A stretch of DNA of 64,000 nt from Macrostomum lignano (Eukaryota): the NCBI GenBank assembly GCA_002269645.1, contig NIVC01000104.1, forward strand, positions 897,179-961,178, in the 5' to 3' direction. Below are positions 13,001-24,617 of this stretch, in pieces. Every line of letters starts with the position of its first letter. Within the stretch, counting starts at the first letter, position 1. Below the pieces are notes generated by a model that made no database searches, had not been told where the DNA came from, and saw nothing but the letters and a program-made list of their open reading frames with translations. The position numbers were made by a program, and so were the translations under genes.

Positions 13001-16000
13001 TCTCAGGCAATGTGAATCTCATACAATGTGAACTCTGGGGAATGTGAATCTCAGGCAATGTGAACTCTGGGGAATGTGAATCTCATGCAATGTGAACTCT
13101 GAGGAATGTGAATCTCAGGCAATGTGTTGGTGAATGCAAATAAAATCTTCTTCAAACACAGCCGGCACAAAGCAGCGCTGGCCGAGTCAGCCGAGCTCCG
13201 TCAGTCGCTGTCATCAGCGGAGCACACCGGCACTGAGCAGGCCAACGAGTGCCTTTGCCTCGCCGACCGCTGTCGAGAACTCGCCCTGGCCATCGGTGAG
13301 GCCGATCGTCGGATTCAATCGCTGACGGCTGAACTGGCAGCCGAGCGTGAGGCTCGATCAGCTGACCGGCTGCGAGCTGAAGCCAGCCAGCTGGGCTTGG
13401 ACGAGTGCCAAGCTAAATTAGAGTCAGTCATTGCCGAGCGAGCGGATGCCGAGGCTCGGCTAGCCGAATTGGAGTCGCTGCTCAGAGAGGAGCGTCAGGG
13501 ATTGCGATGCTATAGGGAGCAGTTTGAACGGCTGGAGACCGAGGCTAGCGGCCAGCGGTCTTGTCTGGAGGAGGAGGTGATAAGGATTAGTTATTATTTT
13601 ATTGTAGAATACAGATATGGACTGGGTGATGTCTGTAAGGTGTGGGAGTAGACAGGTATGAACTGGGAGTAGACAGGTAGGGACTGGGAGCAAACCGGAG
13701 GGAGAGACTGGGAGTAGACGGGTAGGGACTGGCAGTAGACAGGTCGGGACTGGGATTAGACAGGTAGGGACTGGGAGTAGACAGGTAGGGACTGGGAGTA
13801 GACAGGTATGAACTGGGAGTAAACAGGTATGAACTGGGAGTAGACAGGTAGCAACTGGGAGTAGACAGGTAGGGACTAGGAGTAGACGGGTAGGGACTGG
13901 GAGTAGACAGGTATGAACTGGGAGTAAACAGGTATGAACTGGGAGTAGACAGGTAGCAACTGGGAGTAGACAGGTAGGGACTAGGAGTAGACGGGTAGGG
14001 ACTGGGAGTAGACAGGTATGAACTGGGAGTAGACAGGTAGCAACTGGGAGTAGACAGGTAGGGACTATAGGAGTAGACGGGTAGGGACTGGGATTAGACA
14101 GGTAGGGACTGGGAGTAGATGGGTAGGGACTGGGATTAGACAGGTAGGGACTGGGAGCAAACCGGAGGTAGGGACTGGGAGTAGACAGGTAGGGACTGGG
14201 AGTAGACAGGTAGGGAATGGGAGTAGACAGGTAGGGACTGGGATTAGACAGGTAGGGACTGGGAGTAGACGGGTAGGGACTGGGAGTAGACAAGTAGGGA
14301 CTGGGAGTAGACAGGTAGGGACTGGGAGTAGACAGGTAGGGACTGGGAGTAGACAGGTAGGGACTGGGAGTAGACAGGTAGGGAATGGGAGTAGACACGT
14401 AGGGACTGGGATTAGACAGGTATGAACTGGGAGTAGACAGTTAGGGACTGGGAGTAGACAGGTATGAACTGGGAGTAGACAGGTAGGGACTGGGAGCAAA
14501 CCGGAGGTAGGGACTGGGAGTAGACAGGTAGGGACTGGGATTAGACAGGTAGGGACTGGGATTAGACAGGTAGGGACTGGGATTAGACAGGTAGGGACTG
14601 GGATTAGACAGGTAGGGACTGGGATTAGACAGGTAGGGACTGGGATTAGACAGGTAGGGACTGGGATTAGACAGGTAGGGACTGGGATTAGACAGGTAGG
14701 GACTGGGATTAGACAGGTAGGGACTGGGAGCAAACCGGAGGTAGGGACTGGGATTAGACAGGTAGGGACTGGGATTAGACAGGTAGGGACTGGGATTAGA
14801 CAGGTAGGGACTGGGATTAGACAGGTAGGGACTGGGATTAGACAGGTAGGGACTGGGATTAGACAGGTAGGGACTGGGAGCAAACCGGAGGTAGGGACTG
14901 GGATTAGACAGGTAGGGACTGGGATTAGACAGGTAGGGACTGGGAGCAAACCGGAGGTAGGGACTGGGATTAGACAGGTAGGGACTGGGATTAGACAGGT
15001 AGGGACTGGGATTAGACAGGTAGGGACTGGGATTAGACAGGTAGGGACTGGGATTAGACAGGTAGGGACTGGGATTAGACAGGTAGGGACTGGGATTAGA
15101 CAGGTAGGGACTGGGAGCAAACCGGAGGTAGGGACTGGGATTAGACAGGTAGGGACTGGGATTAGACAGGTAGGGACTGGGATTAGACAGGTAGGGACTG
15201 GGAGCAAACCGGAGGTAGGGACTAGGAGTCGACCAGTAGAGATTGAAAGACAGGTTGTATACTAGAGAAACATTAGAATCGCTCATTTATCCGCAGGTAC
15301 GCACCAGAGAAAAGCAGCGAGCCAGGCTAGAAAGCAAATTGGCCGAAGCGGAAACGGCCCTCAGCCGATTGCAGACTGAAGCTGAGAGTCAAAGCGAACG
15401 TTTGCAAGATTTAGATAAATCTTTTAAAGCGTTTATTCGTCAGGTGCAGACCGCCTGCGATAAGCATTTGGTAAATTTCTAACTTTCTTGTTTAGTCTAC
15501 TTATAGTAATACCATTAGAGTTTTGTTGTTAAAATTTGCTGTTTACGATTTTTTATTCATACAACAGTTCTTTATACGTTTGTTCGAAGTTTTCTTTTAC
15601 TATTATCATGGGTGGCTGACTATGTGGGATGGGGTGGCTGTCTATGGGGAAAGGGGTGCCTGTCTATGGGGGAAGGGGTGGCTGTCTATGGGGAAAGGGG
15701 TGTCTGTCTATGGGGAAAGGGGTGGCTGTCTATGGGGGAAGGGGTGGCTGTCTATGGGGAAAGGGGTGTCTGTCTATGGGGAAAGGGGTGGCTGTCTATG
15801 GGGGAAGGGGCGGCTGTCTATGGGGGAAGGGGCGGCTGTCTATTGGGGAGGGGGTGGCTGTCTATGGTGAAAGGGGTGGCTGTCTATGGGGAAGGGGCGG
15901 CTGTCTATGGGGGAAGGGGCGGCTGTCTATTGGGGAGGGGGTGGCTGTCTATGGTGAAAGGGGTGGCTGTCTATGGGGGAAGGGGCGGCTGTCTATGGGG

Positions 16001-19000
16001 GAAGGGGCGGCTGTCTATGGGGGAAGGGGTGGCTGTCTATGGTGAAAGGGGTGGCTGCCTATGGGGGAAGGGGTGGCTGTCTATGGGGGAAGGGGTGGCT
16101 GTCTATGGGGGAAGGGGTGGCTGTCTATGGTGAAAGGGGTGGCTGTCTATGGGGAAAGGGGTGGCTGTCTATGGGGGAAGGGGTGGCTGTCTATGGGGAA
16201 AGGGGTGGCTGTCTATGGGGGAGGGGGTGGCTGTCTATGGGGAAAGGGGTGGCTGTCTATAGGGAAAGGGGTGGCTGTCTATGGGGGAAGGGGTGGCTGT
16301 CTATGGGGGAAGGGGTGTCTGTCTATGGGGAAAGGGGTGGCTGTCTATGGGGGAAGGGGTGGCTGTCTATGGGGGAAGGGGTGGCTGTCTATGGGGAAAG
16401 GGGTGGCTGTCTATGGGGAAAGGGGTGGCTGTCTATAGTGAAAGGGGTGGCTGACTATGAGTGAGGGGGTGGCTGTCTATGAGTGAGGGGGTGGCTGTCT
16501 ATGAGTGAGGGGGTGGCTGTCTATGAGTGAGGGGGTGGCTGTCTATGAGTGAGGGGGTGGCTGTCTATGAGTGAGGGGGTGGCTGTCTATGAGTGAGGGG
16601 GTGGCTGTCTATGAGTGAGGGGGTGGCTGTCTATGAGTGAGGGGGTGGCTGTCTATGAGTGAGGGGGTGGCTGTCTATGAGTAGGGGGTGGCTGGCTGCA
16701 CACATGGGTAGAAGAAGGCTGCACATACTGGAGAAGGTGTCTAATTCATGAGGGTTGCCATCTGAGAAGGGGGTGGCTGTGCTCGGATGATTTGCAGCCC
16801 AGGCGTACCGCTTTCTTCGCCCTTCAGGAAGCAAGCCAAAAGTCCGGGCCAACTCTTCGCGCACCCAAGATGGTGCTGGACCAGCTGAACAAGCTGTTGA
16901 AATCGCAGCGCGATCGTCAGCAACAATTGGAGCAGGATTTGGCTGGACTGCGAGCCGAGGCTGGCAAGCACAATTCCACTGTGAAACAGTTGAGGGAAAC
17001 CGCCTGGCAAAAGGATAAGAGTTTACAGGTGTGGATTCTGTTATTTGTGTGTGTTGCATCAACGATGTCTATCCTAGAGGTGTCTGTAAAAATATCTAGA
17101 GGCGTTATCAAGGATATCTAAAGGTGACGTTAAATGTGTCTACAGTTGACATCAAAGATATCTAGAAGTATTTTCAGGGATATCTAGGGGTATCATCAAT
17201 GATATCTAGAGACGTCATCAAGGATATCTAGAGGTGTCGTCAGTGATATCTAGAGGTTTTATCAGAGATGTCTAGAGGTGCCATCAAAGATGTCTAGAGG
17301 TATCATAAATGATATCTAGAGGCGTCATCAAATATATCTAGAGGTTTTATCAGAGATGTCTAGAGGTGTCATAAGAGATGTCTAGAGGTGTCATCAAAGA
17401 TGTCTAGAGGTGCCATCAAAGATGTCTAGAGGTGTCATCAATGATATCTAGAGGTGTCATCAATGATATCTAGAGGCGTCATCAAAAATATATCTAGAGG
17501 TTTTATCAGAGATGTCTAGAGGTGCCATCAAAGATGTCTAAAGTATCATCAATGATTTCTAGAGGTGTCGTCAGTGATATCTAGAGGTTTTATCAGAGAT
17601 GTCTAGAGGTGTCATCAATGATATCTAGAGGTGTCATCAAATATATCTAGAGGTTTTATCAAATATGTCTAGAGGTGACATAAAAGATGTCTAGAGGTGA
17701 CATAAAGAATATCTAGGAAGTTTAGCAAGTATGTCTAGAGGGTTTATCAACGGTCTAGCCAGTTCAATTGGTAATCTACATCGGTATACCAAAAATGTCA
17801 AAAACAGAAATCCCCATTCGGTAATCCCAGGCCGCTCGCGAATCCGACACCGCTAACGCAGCCGAGGCGAAGCGGCTACGCGACAAGCTGTCCGAGGTGG
17901 AGCGCCGTCAGGCCAGCATCCGCGGCCTGTACACCGACGCCAAGCGTCAGCTAGAGACCGAGAAGGAGCAGCGACAAGCTCTGCAACAGGATCTGGATCG
18001 GATTGTTCGACTGCGTAGGAATGAAGAATCTGACAGGCTGACATTTCTCAAAGCGCTCTATTTGCAATTGGGCGGCAAGCTAGACGAATGCTCGAAGCGA
18101 TTGACCGCTGGACAGGTGCAGCACTGGCTGACCGAGGCGGTGGCCGCTCTGCTCAAGGAGGCCGAGGGTTGGCGGGGACTGCTTGGTAAATAGCGGTGTT
18201 GATTGTAATTGGATCGTTTTGTTTTATTTTAACAATAAAAGTACAGAATGATTAAGATAGTAAGGCAGTGGGAAAGTTAAGGAAATTAATAAGAAAATAG
18301 GCCAATAGATGGGCAGAGGTAGATAAAAGAGAGATGTATGGAGAGAGAGATATGGGTAGGTAGGGAGAAAGATAGAGAGATGGAGATAGGTGGAGAGGGA
18401 GTGAAATAGGGAGATGGTAGGTGGAGAGGGAGTGAGATAGGGAGATGGTAGCTGGAGAGGGAGTGAGATAGGGAGATGGTAGCTGGAGAGGGAGTGAGAT
18501 AGGGAGATGATAGGTGGAGAGGGAGTGAGATAGGGAGACGGTAGGTGGAGAGGGAGTGAGATAGGCAGATGGTAGGTGCAGAGGGAGTGAGATAGGCAGA
18601 TGGTAGGTGGAGAGGGAGTGAGATAGGGAGATTGTAGGTGGAGAGGGAGTGAGATAAGGAGATTGTAGGTTAGAGAGGGAGGGAGATAGGGAGATTGTAG
18701 GTTAGAGAGGGAGGGAGATAGGGAGATTGTAGGTTAGAGAGGGAGGGAGATAGGGAGACGGTAGGTGGAGAGGGAGTGAGATAGAAAAATTGTAGGTTAG
18801 AGAGGGAGGGAGATAGGGAGATTGTAGGTTGAGAGGGAGTGAGATAGGGAGACGGTAGGTGGAGAGGGAGGGCGATAGGGAGATTGTAGGTTAAAGAGGG
18901 AGAGAGATTGTAGGTGGAGAGGGAGTGAGATAGGGAGACGGTAGGTGGAGAGGGAGGGAGATAGGGAGATGGTAGGTGGAGAGGGAGTGAGATAGGGAGA

Positions 19001-22000
19001 CGGTAGGTGGAGAGGGCGGGAGATAGGGAGATTGTAGGTGGAGAGGGAGTGAGATAGGGAGACGGTAGGTGCAGAGGGAGTGAGATAGAGAAATTGTAGG
19101 TTAGAGAGGGAGGGAGATAGGGAGATTGTAGGTTAGAGAGGGAGGGAGATAGGGAGATTGTAGGTGGAGAGGGAGTGAGATAGGGAGACGGTAGGTGGAG
19201 AGGGAGGGAGATAGGGAGATGGTAGGTGGAGAGGGAGTGAGATAGGGAGACGGTAGGTGGAGAGGGCGGGAGATAGGGAGATTGTAGGTGGAGAGGGCGT
19301 CAGGTAGGGGCGAGATTAAGAGAGATTTTTACCGACTACTGCTGGTAAAGAGGCAGCAGTTAGTAGTCTCAGAAGGTCACATCCAGCTGTTGTCAGCAGA
19401 TCGCCTCATTAATTATTCAGCCGACTCTCGAACGGAGCTCAGCCGGCGCGATCGAGCTCTAGCCGACGTTGACAATGCTGTCGCCGAGGAGAAGTCCCGC
19501 CGGGCCGCCGCAGCCGAGGAGCTTCGCCGTCAGAAACGGGAGCTGGCCGAGCACTACGAGGCGATGCTGCAGCAACAGCGAGACCAGATGCAGAAGCAGC
19601 AACAGCTGCAGCAGCATGAGCTACAGAATTCCGACGGATCTAGAGCTGCTGAAGCATCGACATCATCAGTGTCGGCGACGTCCCCGGCGGAGCTGTTGAC
19701 GGGTCTACATGTAGCATTGGCCGTGTCAGCTCTGGTGCCGCTCAGCCGGCGTTGGCGCTCTCTGCAGCGACAGAAACGCTGCCTGATGAGCCTGCTGGCG
19801 GTTAGCGAGGCTCGAGCGGCCAAGCTGCGAATGCTGGCCGACACTCTGGATGGTCAGGACAGTCAAACTGGTCAGCAGCAGCTTCATCAGCGATGGCGCC
19901 GGCTGTACAGATTCCGTTCGGCTGTACTCGCCGTCATCGCTGCCAGACGTCTGCGTCGATTGATCAGCGTCTGTCATCAGAGTCGCGACAGTCGGATCTC
20001 GTCGACGCTTTGGCTGGGCGAATCGGCGCTAACAACGACGTCGTCGGATTTCGACGCCGAACAACAGTCGAACAACGCTCGGCTGACTGCGTGGCTGTCC
20101 AGCGATCGGCTGGCCTCGGCTGCCAGGGCTGCTCACGCCGAACTGAGTAGGAAAAGTCAGCATAGATTGGATTTGCGGGTCGCTGCCAGACAAGCTGCCG
20201 GTCATCTTATTGACGAATTAGACGCCATGTTTCCTCCGGCGTCCGCTGCCGTTCTGCTGTCCGACGGTGAGCCGTCGAGATTCCTTGGCACTGGCGTAGG
20301 CGGGGGCGGCATCGCTGAGCGGCTGCACCGCGGCGCCTTGGCGCTCTGTCGTCGCCTGTCGATGGCTGAGTCGGAGAGGGACCGGGCGGTGGCGGAGCTG
20401 GCGCAGGCTGAGGCCGAAGCGGTGAGCCCGCTGTGGGTTGTGCGATCTGATCATGTCACTCTGGAACCGGCTCTGTTGCGCTGCTTCCTGTTGTCCGTTT
20501 CTACCCTGGCGTCACTCTACCATCCGTCATTCTTGTCACTCTGTACTCTTCATCACTCTCTTTTCTTGTCACTCTCTACCCCACACGCACTCTTCTTGTC
20601 ACTCTCTTCACCTTCCGTAACTTTTATCCCGTCACTCTTAATCTCGTCACTCTATCTACCGTCAATATTTTTTGTCACTCTCTATCCTTCGTTACTTTTC
20701 TTGTCACTCTTTACCCCCGTTACTCTTGTCACTCTTTACCCCCGTTACTCTTGTCACTCTACCTACCGTCACTCTTTCTTGTCCCTCTATGTTAGTCACC
20801 CTATACCCTTCGTCACTTTTATCACGTCACTCCTATTTCTTGTCACTCTCTAATCTCGTCATTTTTATCATTCTACATACTGTCAACTCTTTCTTGTCAC
20901 TCTGTATGCTCGTCATTCTTGTCACTATTCACCGTCAGTCAATTTTTATCCTGTCACTCTATGAATTCCGATCCTCTTCCGATGTCACCCTGCAGGAGCG
21001 CCTTCGCCGCGAGACCGCTCCCCTGGAGGAGCACCGCGCCCTGGCCGCCCAGCTTGCTTCGTCGCGCGATCGCGAACGTTGCCAAGGCCGCCAATTAGCC
21101 GCCCTGACCGCCCGGGTCCAGTCGCTGGCTGGCGAGGACGCCGATCGAGACCGGACACTGGCCGAAGCGCTCTCGGCTGTCCGGGAGTCGCGCGATCGAG
21201 TTGAAGCCACGGACGGCAGGTAATTCGTTAATAAATCGATAGTTGATATTTTAGATCCGTTAATTTATCGATAATTATTATGTTTGATGACGTGTGACAT
21301 CAGTCCGTTTATTTGTCGATAATTGACTTTATCGATCCGTTGATTCATGGAAGATTAGCATTATCGATTCATTAATTTATCGATAATTGACATTGTGGGA
21401 TCCGGTAATTAATCGATGATAGACATTATCGTTATCAATTCGTTAATTTATCGATAACTAATATAATCGACCCGTTAATTCATCGACGATTGACCTTATC
21501 GACCCGATAATTCATCAATAATTTATAGTATCGATCTATTTATTCATTTATCGATAATTTACATTATGAATCTTGTAATTAATAGACAATTTGCATTATT
21601 CATTAGTTGATTTATCGATAACTGATATTATCGACACGTATATTCTTTGATAATTTGAATTATTGATCCAGTAATTAATCGATAGTTGGCATTATCTATC
21701 CATTTATTCATCGACATTATCGAGTCGTTGACATTAACGACTCGTTAATTAATCAATAATTTACAGCATAAATCCAATTATATATCGATAATTGAGATTA
21801 TCTAACTGTTAATTCATCGATAATTTACATTATTGATCCGTTAATTCATTAATAAATTACAGTATCGATCCATTTATTTATCGATAATTGGCGTCGCAAT
21901 TTGTTGATTCATTGGTAATCGATATTATCGATCCGTTAACGCAGAGAGCGCATGCTGACCGAACGGGCCGCCGCCCTGGAGTCCGCACTGGCAGCCTCCG

Positions 22001-22413
22001 GCCAGCGCCTTGCCGAGGCCAATCGCGATCAAGAAGCCGTCGCTGCCTACGCCGACGCCATCTGCCGGCTGGCCGATCGTCTCGTTGCCGACGGCGCCAT
22101 TGACACCGGCGTCGGCGGCTCCGGCGACGGTGGACCGCAGGCGGCCTCCGATCTGCTGCAGAGTCGACAGCTGCTGCCCCCGGCCTCGGCTGGCGGTGGC
22201 ACTGTTCTGGCTCGCTGCCAACGAGCCGTGGCCGGCGTCTGCGCCCTGCTAGCCGGGGCGGAGCGTCGAACAGCCGAAGCGCAGGAATCGCTGCTGGCTC
22301 ATAGGAAAATGCTTGTACAGCTGCGCAGAACTGCGGCCTCTGCGACCACGGCGACGGCTTCGGGGACAGCCAAATCTGGAAGTGCCGCTTCGCGGCGGAA
22401 GCATCGCGTCTGA
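10099..22413 (+). CDS. CCDC171: CCDC171-like long coiled-coil protein (about 1191 aa, 10 exons)
   Basis: Exons 10099-10603, 11570-11682, 11776-11864, 13162-13576, 15297-15470, 16798-17028, 17831-18185, 19421-20421, 20996-21219 and 21945-22413. All introns are GT-AG with matching phases; total 3576 nt in one frame. Heptad-rich throughout. The motif RFRSAVLAVIAARRLRRL resembles the conserved CCDC171 motif (recalled, not searched). The gene model is more certain than the name. Confidence 0.75.
10640..11460. repeat. 29-bp minisatellite, CCDC171-like intron 1
   Basis: Unit GTGAAGTGTGGGTTGCAGTACATCCGGTT, with recurring longer variant blocks. Confidence 0.95.
11990..13125. repeat. 32-bp minisatellite, intron 3
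   Basis: Unit AATGTGAACCCTGTGAAATGTGAATCTCAGGC, period 32 (12129 to 12161). Confidence 0.95.
13640..15235. repeat. 21-bp minisatellite, intron 4
   Basis: Unit GGGATTAGACAGGTAGGGACT with an interspersed 24-bp variant GGGAGCAAACCGGAGGTAGGGACT. Confidence 0.96.
15625..16695. repeat. 22-bp G-rich minisatellite, intron 5
   Basis: Unit AGGGGTGGCTGTCTATGGGGGA, switching to GTGAGGGGGTGGCTGTCTATGA after about 16440. Confidence 0.96.
17065..17760. repeat. About 22-bp TCTAGA-core minisatellite, intron 6
   Basis: Unit approximately TCTAGAGGTGTCATCAATGATA. Confidence 0.93.
18360..19320. repeat. 31-bp purine-rich minisatellite, intron 7
   Basis: Unit GGTAGGTGGAGAGGGAGTGAGATAGGGAGAT, period 31 (18422 to 18453). 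Confidence 0.95.
20450..20965. repeat. Degenerate pyrimidine-rich repeat, intron 8
   Basis: Recurring CTTGTCACTCT core at irregular spacing. Confidence 0.8.
21225..21935. repeat. Degenerate ATCGAT-core repeat, intron 9
   Basis: Recurring TTATCGATCCGTTAATTTATCGATAATT-like units. Confidence 0.8.
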
Positions 22414-22439
22414 CAGCTACGTGTTATTTTGGCTACTGT

Positions 22440-23140
22440 TTGTTTGGCACCGATTCACCAGCATTGGCGCCCCTTTGGCGCCCCAAGTTCACCAAGGTTG
22501 GCACCTCTGATTCACCAATATTGGCGCCCCCGATTCACCAATTTTGAGGCCCCTTATTCACCAATATTGGCGCCCCTGATTCACCAATATTGGCGCCCCC
22601 GATTCACCAATTTTGAGGCCCCTGATTCACCAATATTGGCGCCCCTGATTCACCAAGATTGGCACCTCCTGATTCACCAATATTGGCGCCCCTGATGCAC
22701 CAATATTGGCGCCCCTGATTCACCAGGATTGACGCCCCTGATTCACCAGGATTGACGCCCTGATTCACCAAGATTGGCACTTCCTGATTCACCAGGATTG
22801 ACGCCCTGATTCACCAATATTGGCGTCCCTGATTCACCAAGATTGGCACTTCCTGATTCACCAGGATTGACGCCCTGATTCACCAATATTGGCGTCCCTG
22901 ATTCACCAAGATTGGCACTTCCTGATTCACCAATATTGGCGCCCTGATTCACCAATATTGGCGCCCCTGATTCATCAATATTGGCGCCCCTGATTCACCA
23001 ATATTAGCACCAATAATTCACCATGATTGGCACCTCCTGATTCACCAATATTTGCGCCCCCGATTTAGCTCGTACCAGTATTGGCCCCCCGAATGCACAA
23101 TATTGACGCCCCTGATTCACCAATATCGGCGCCCCCTTAT
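22440..23140. repeat. 23-bp GGCGCC-core minisatellite
   Basis: Unit GGCGCCCCTGATTCACCAATATT, starting about 30 bp after the CCDC171-like stop codon. Confidence 0.93.
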
Positions 23141-23844
23141 ACCAATTCGCTACACCCTCTTTATTACCCCCATGACTGACTGGTAACTAATAAATAAATC
23201 AATTCTGCGAGTATTAAAACTAAGATAAAACTGGATCTTGTGTTTCTGTCATAATGCCCTTGCCTAAGTAATGTTATTTTCCGTTGTAAGCTTACTATTC
23301 TAAGCTTACCTATTCTCAAATCTGAAGCACGCTTGCCTATTCCTTCACTGTCAACAATTATAGACATCATTTTCGCTTTGTCCTACTCAGTAGTAGCATC
23401 TAGTGCTTGTTGGTGTTTTGCTATTTTAACCACTGCCGTCCGATAAACAAAATCAATATATTGTTATATAGTTTATTTACTATTTCAATTGCTATATCTG
23501 TCTGTGACATTCCAAATTTTAAAGCGTACCAGGTATGTTTTACATTATGAGTAGCATTTTGAGTAGGAGTAGCAGGTTCTGTGTGCTCATCTTTATTACA
23601 CGCGCGTTACGTCGTATTCTGCTGGTCAGATTTAGAATTTTAATGCTCTTTTTATTTCACCGTACTTGCAACATTGCAACAGAGCTCTTTTGTTATATAT
23701 TTACATATAGCTCCTATATATACATATATACATACCGGGAAAATGTTTCCGACTGCCTACTGACTAGCAGTAGTGTATATTGATCTGTGCTGTTTCTTCT
23801 GATTTGTTTTTATTCTTAACTTAAATATGGGGGCATATGACTCC

Positions 23845-24345
23845 AGGGTTCTAGGGGGGGGGGGGGGATGACTCCAAAGTTCTATAGGTGGATAACCCAG
23901 GGTTCTAGGGGGCGGAAGATTAGATTTCTAGGGGCGGAAGATAAGAGTTCTAGGGGGCGGAAGATTAGAGTTCTAAGGGGCTGGATGAGGGTTCTAGTGG
24001 GCGGAAGATTAGATTTCTAGGGACTGGATGAGGGTTCTAGTGGGCGGAAGATTAGATTTCTAGGGGCGGAAGGTTAGATTTTTAGGGGGCGGAAAATTAG
24101 GGTTCTAGGGGGCGGAAAATTAGATTTCTAAGCATGCTTGGGCGCAACCTAGGGATTCACCCGGCCGTTTCTATTGGCAACACACACATGTAAGTCGCTA
24201 TTGGACGGAATAGAAGTCACGTGACTGGTCTCAACCAATAGCGACTTACATGTGTGTGTTGCCAATAGAAACGGCCGGGTGAATCCCAAGGTTGCGCATG
24301 TATGTTTCTAAGGGGCGGGAGATTAGGGTTCTAGTGGGCGGATTA
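23845..24345. repeat. About 22-bp GGGCGGAA minisatellite, interrupted by a MITE
   Basis: Unit approximately GGGCGGAAGATTAGATTTCTAG; the MITE is inserted at 24133. Confidence 0.88.
24133..24304. mobile_element. hAT-type MITE, well-preserved copy
   Basis: 172 bp with long, near-perfect inverted arms (GCGCAACC..GGGATTCACCCGGCCGTTTCTATTGGCAACACACACATGTAAGTCGCTATTGG and its complement). 8-bp TSD TTTCTAAG at 24125-24132 and 24305-24312. Confidence 0.9.
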
Positions 24346-24617
24346 ATAAAGTTCTAGTGGGTGGTTGTCTCGGTGGCTTTAGGAGGCGGCTTATCTCCAC
24401 AGTCAACTTAGTAGTTTAGACTTCTCTTATTAAATATTCTCTAAAAATAGTCAAATGAATGCATAGGCTGATATTATATGGGTAGCTCGTACCTTTTTTA
24501 CAACCTGACACAATCTCAATGTACTTTTATTGTTTTAATGTCGGTGCAGCGTGACTTCGCCCCACATCGGCTCTAGAAGTAATTATATAAATATCGCCCA
24601 TCCAATAACTTAGTATC

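Noticed and set aside
13460-16464. Long repeat ORFs (SNPSPYL, PVPTCLI, GKGWLSMG) resembling mucins or adhesives
   Set aside because: They lie within introns 4 and 5 of the coiled-coil gene; they are open only because the unit lacks stops.
19288-20853. 521-aa ORF with a hydrophobic C-terminus suggesting a membrane protein
   Set aside because: Only 19421-20421 is exon; the hydrophobic tail is read-through into the pyrimidine-rich intron 8.
23845-24345. TTAGGG-like hexamers suggesting an interstitial telomere
   Set aside because: Isolated hexamers within a 22-bp unit; there is no (TTAGGG)n run.
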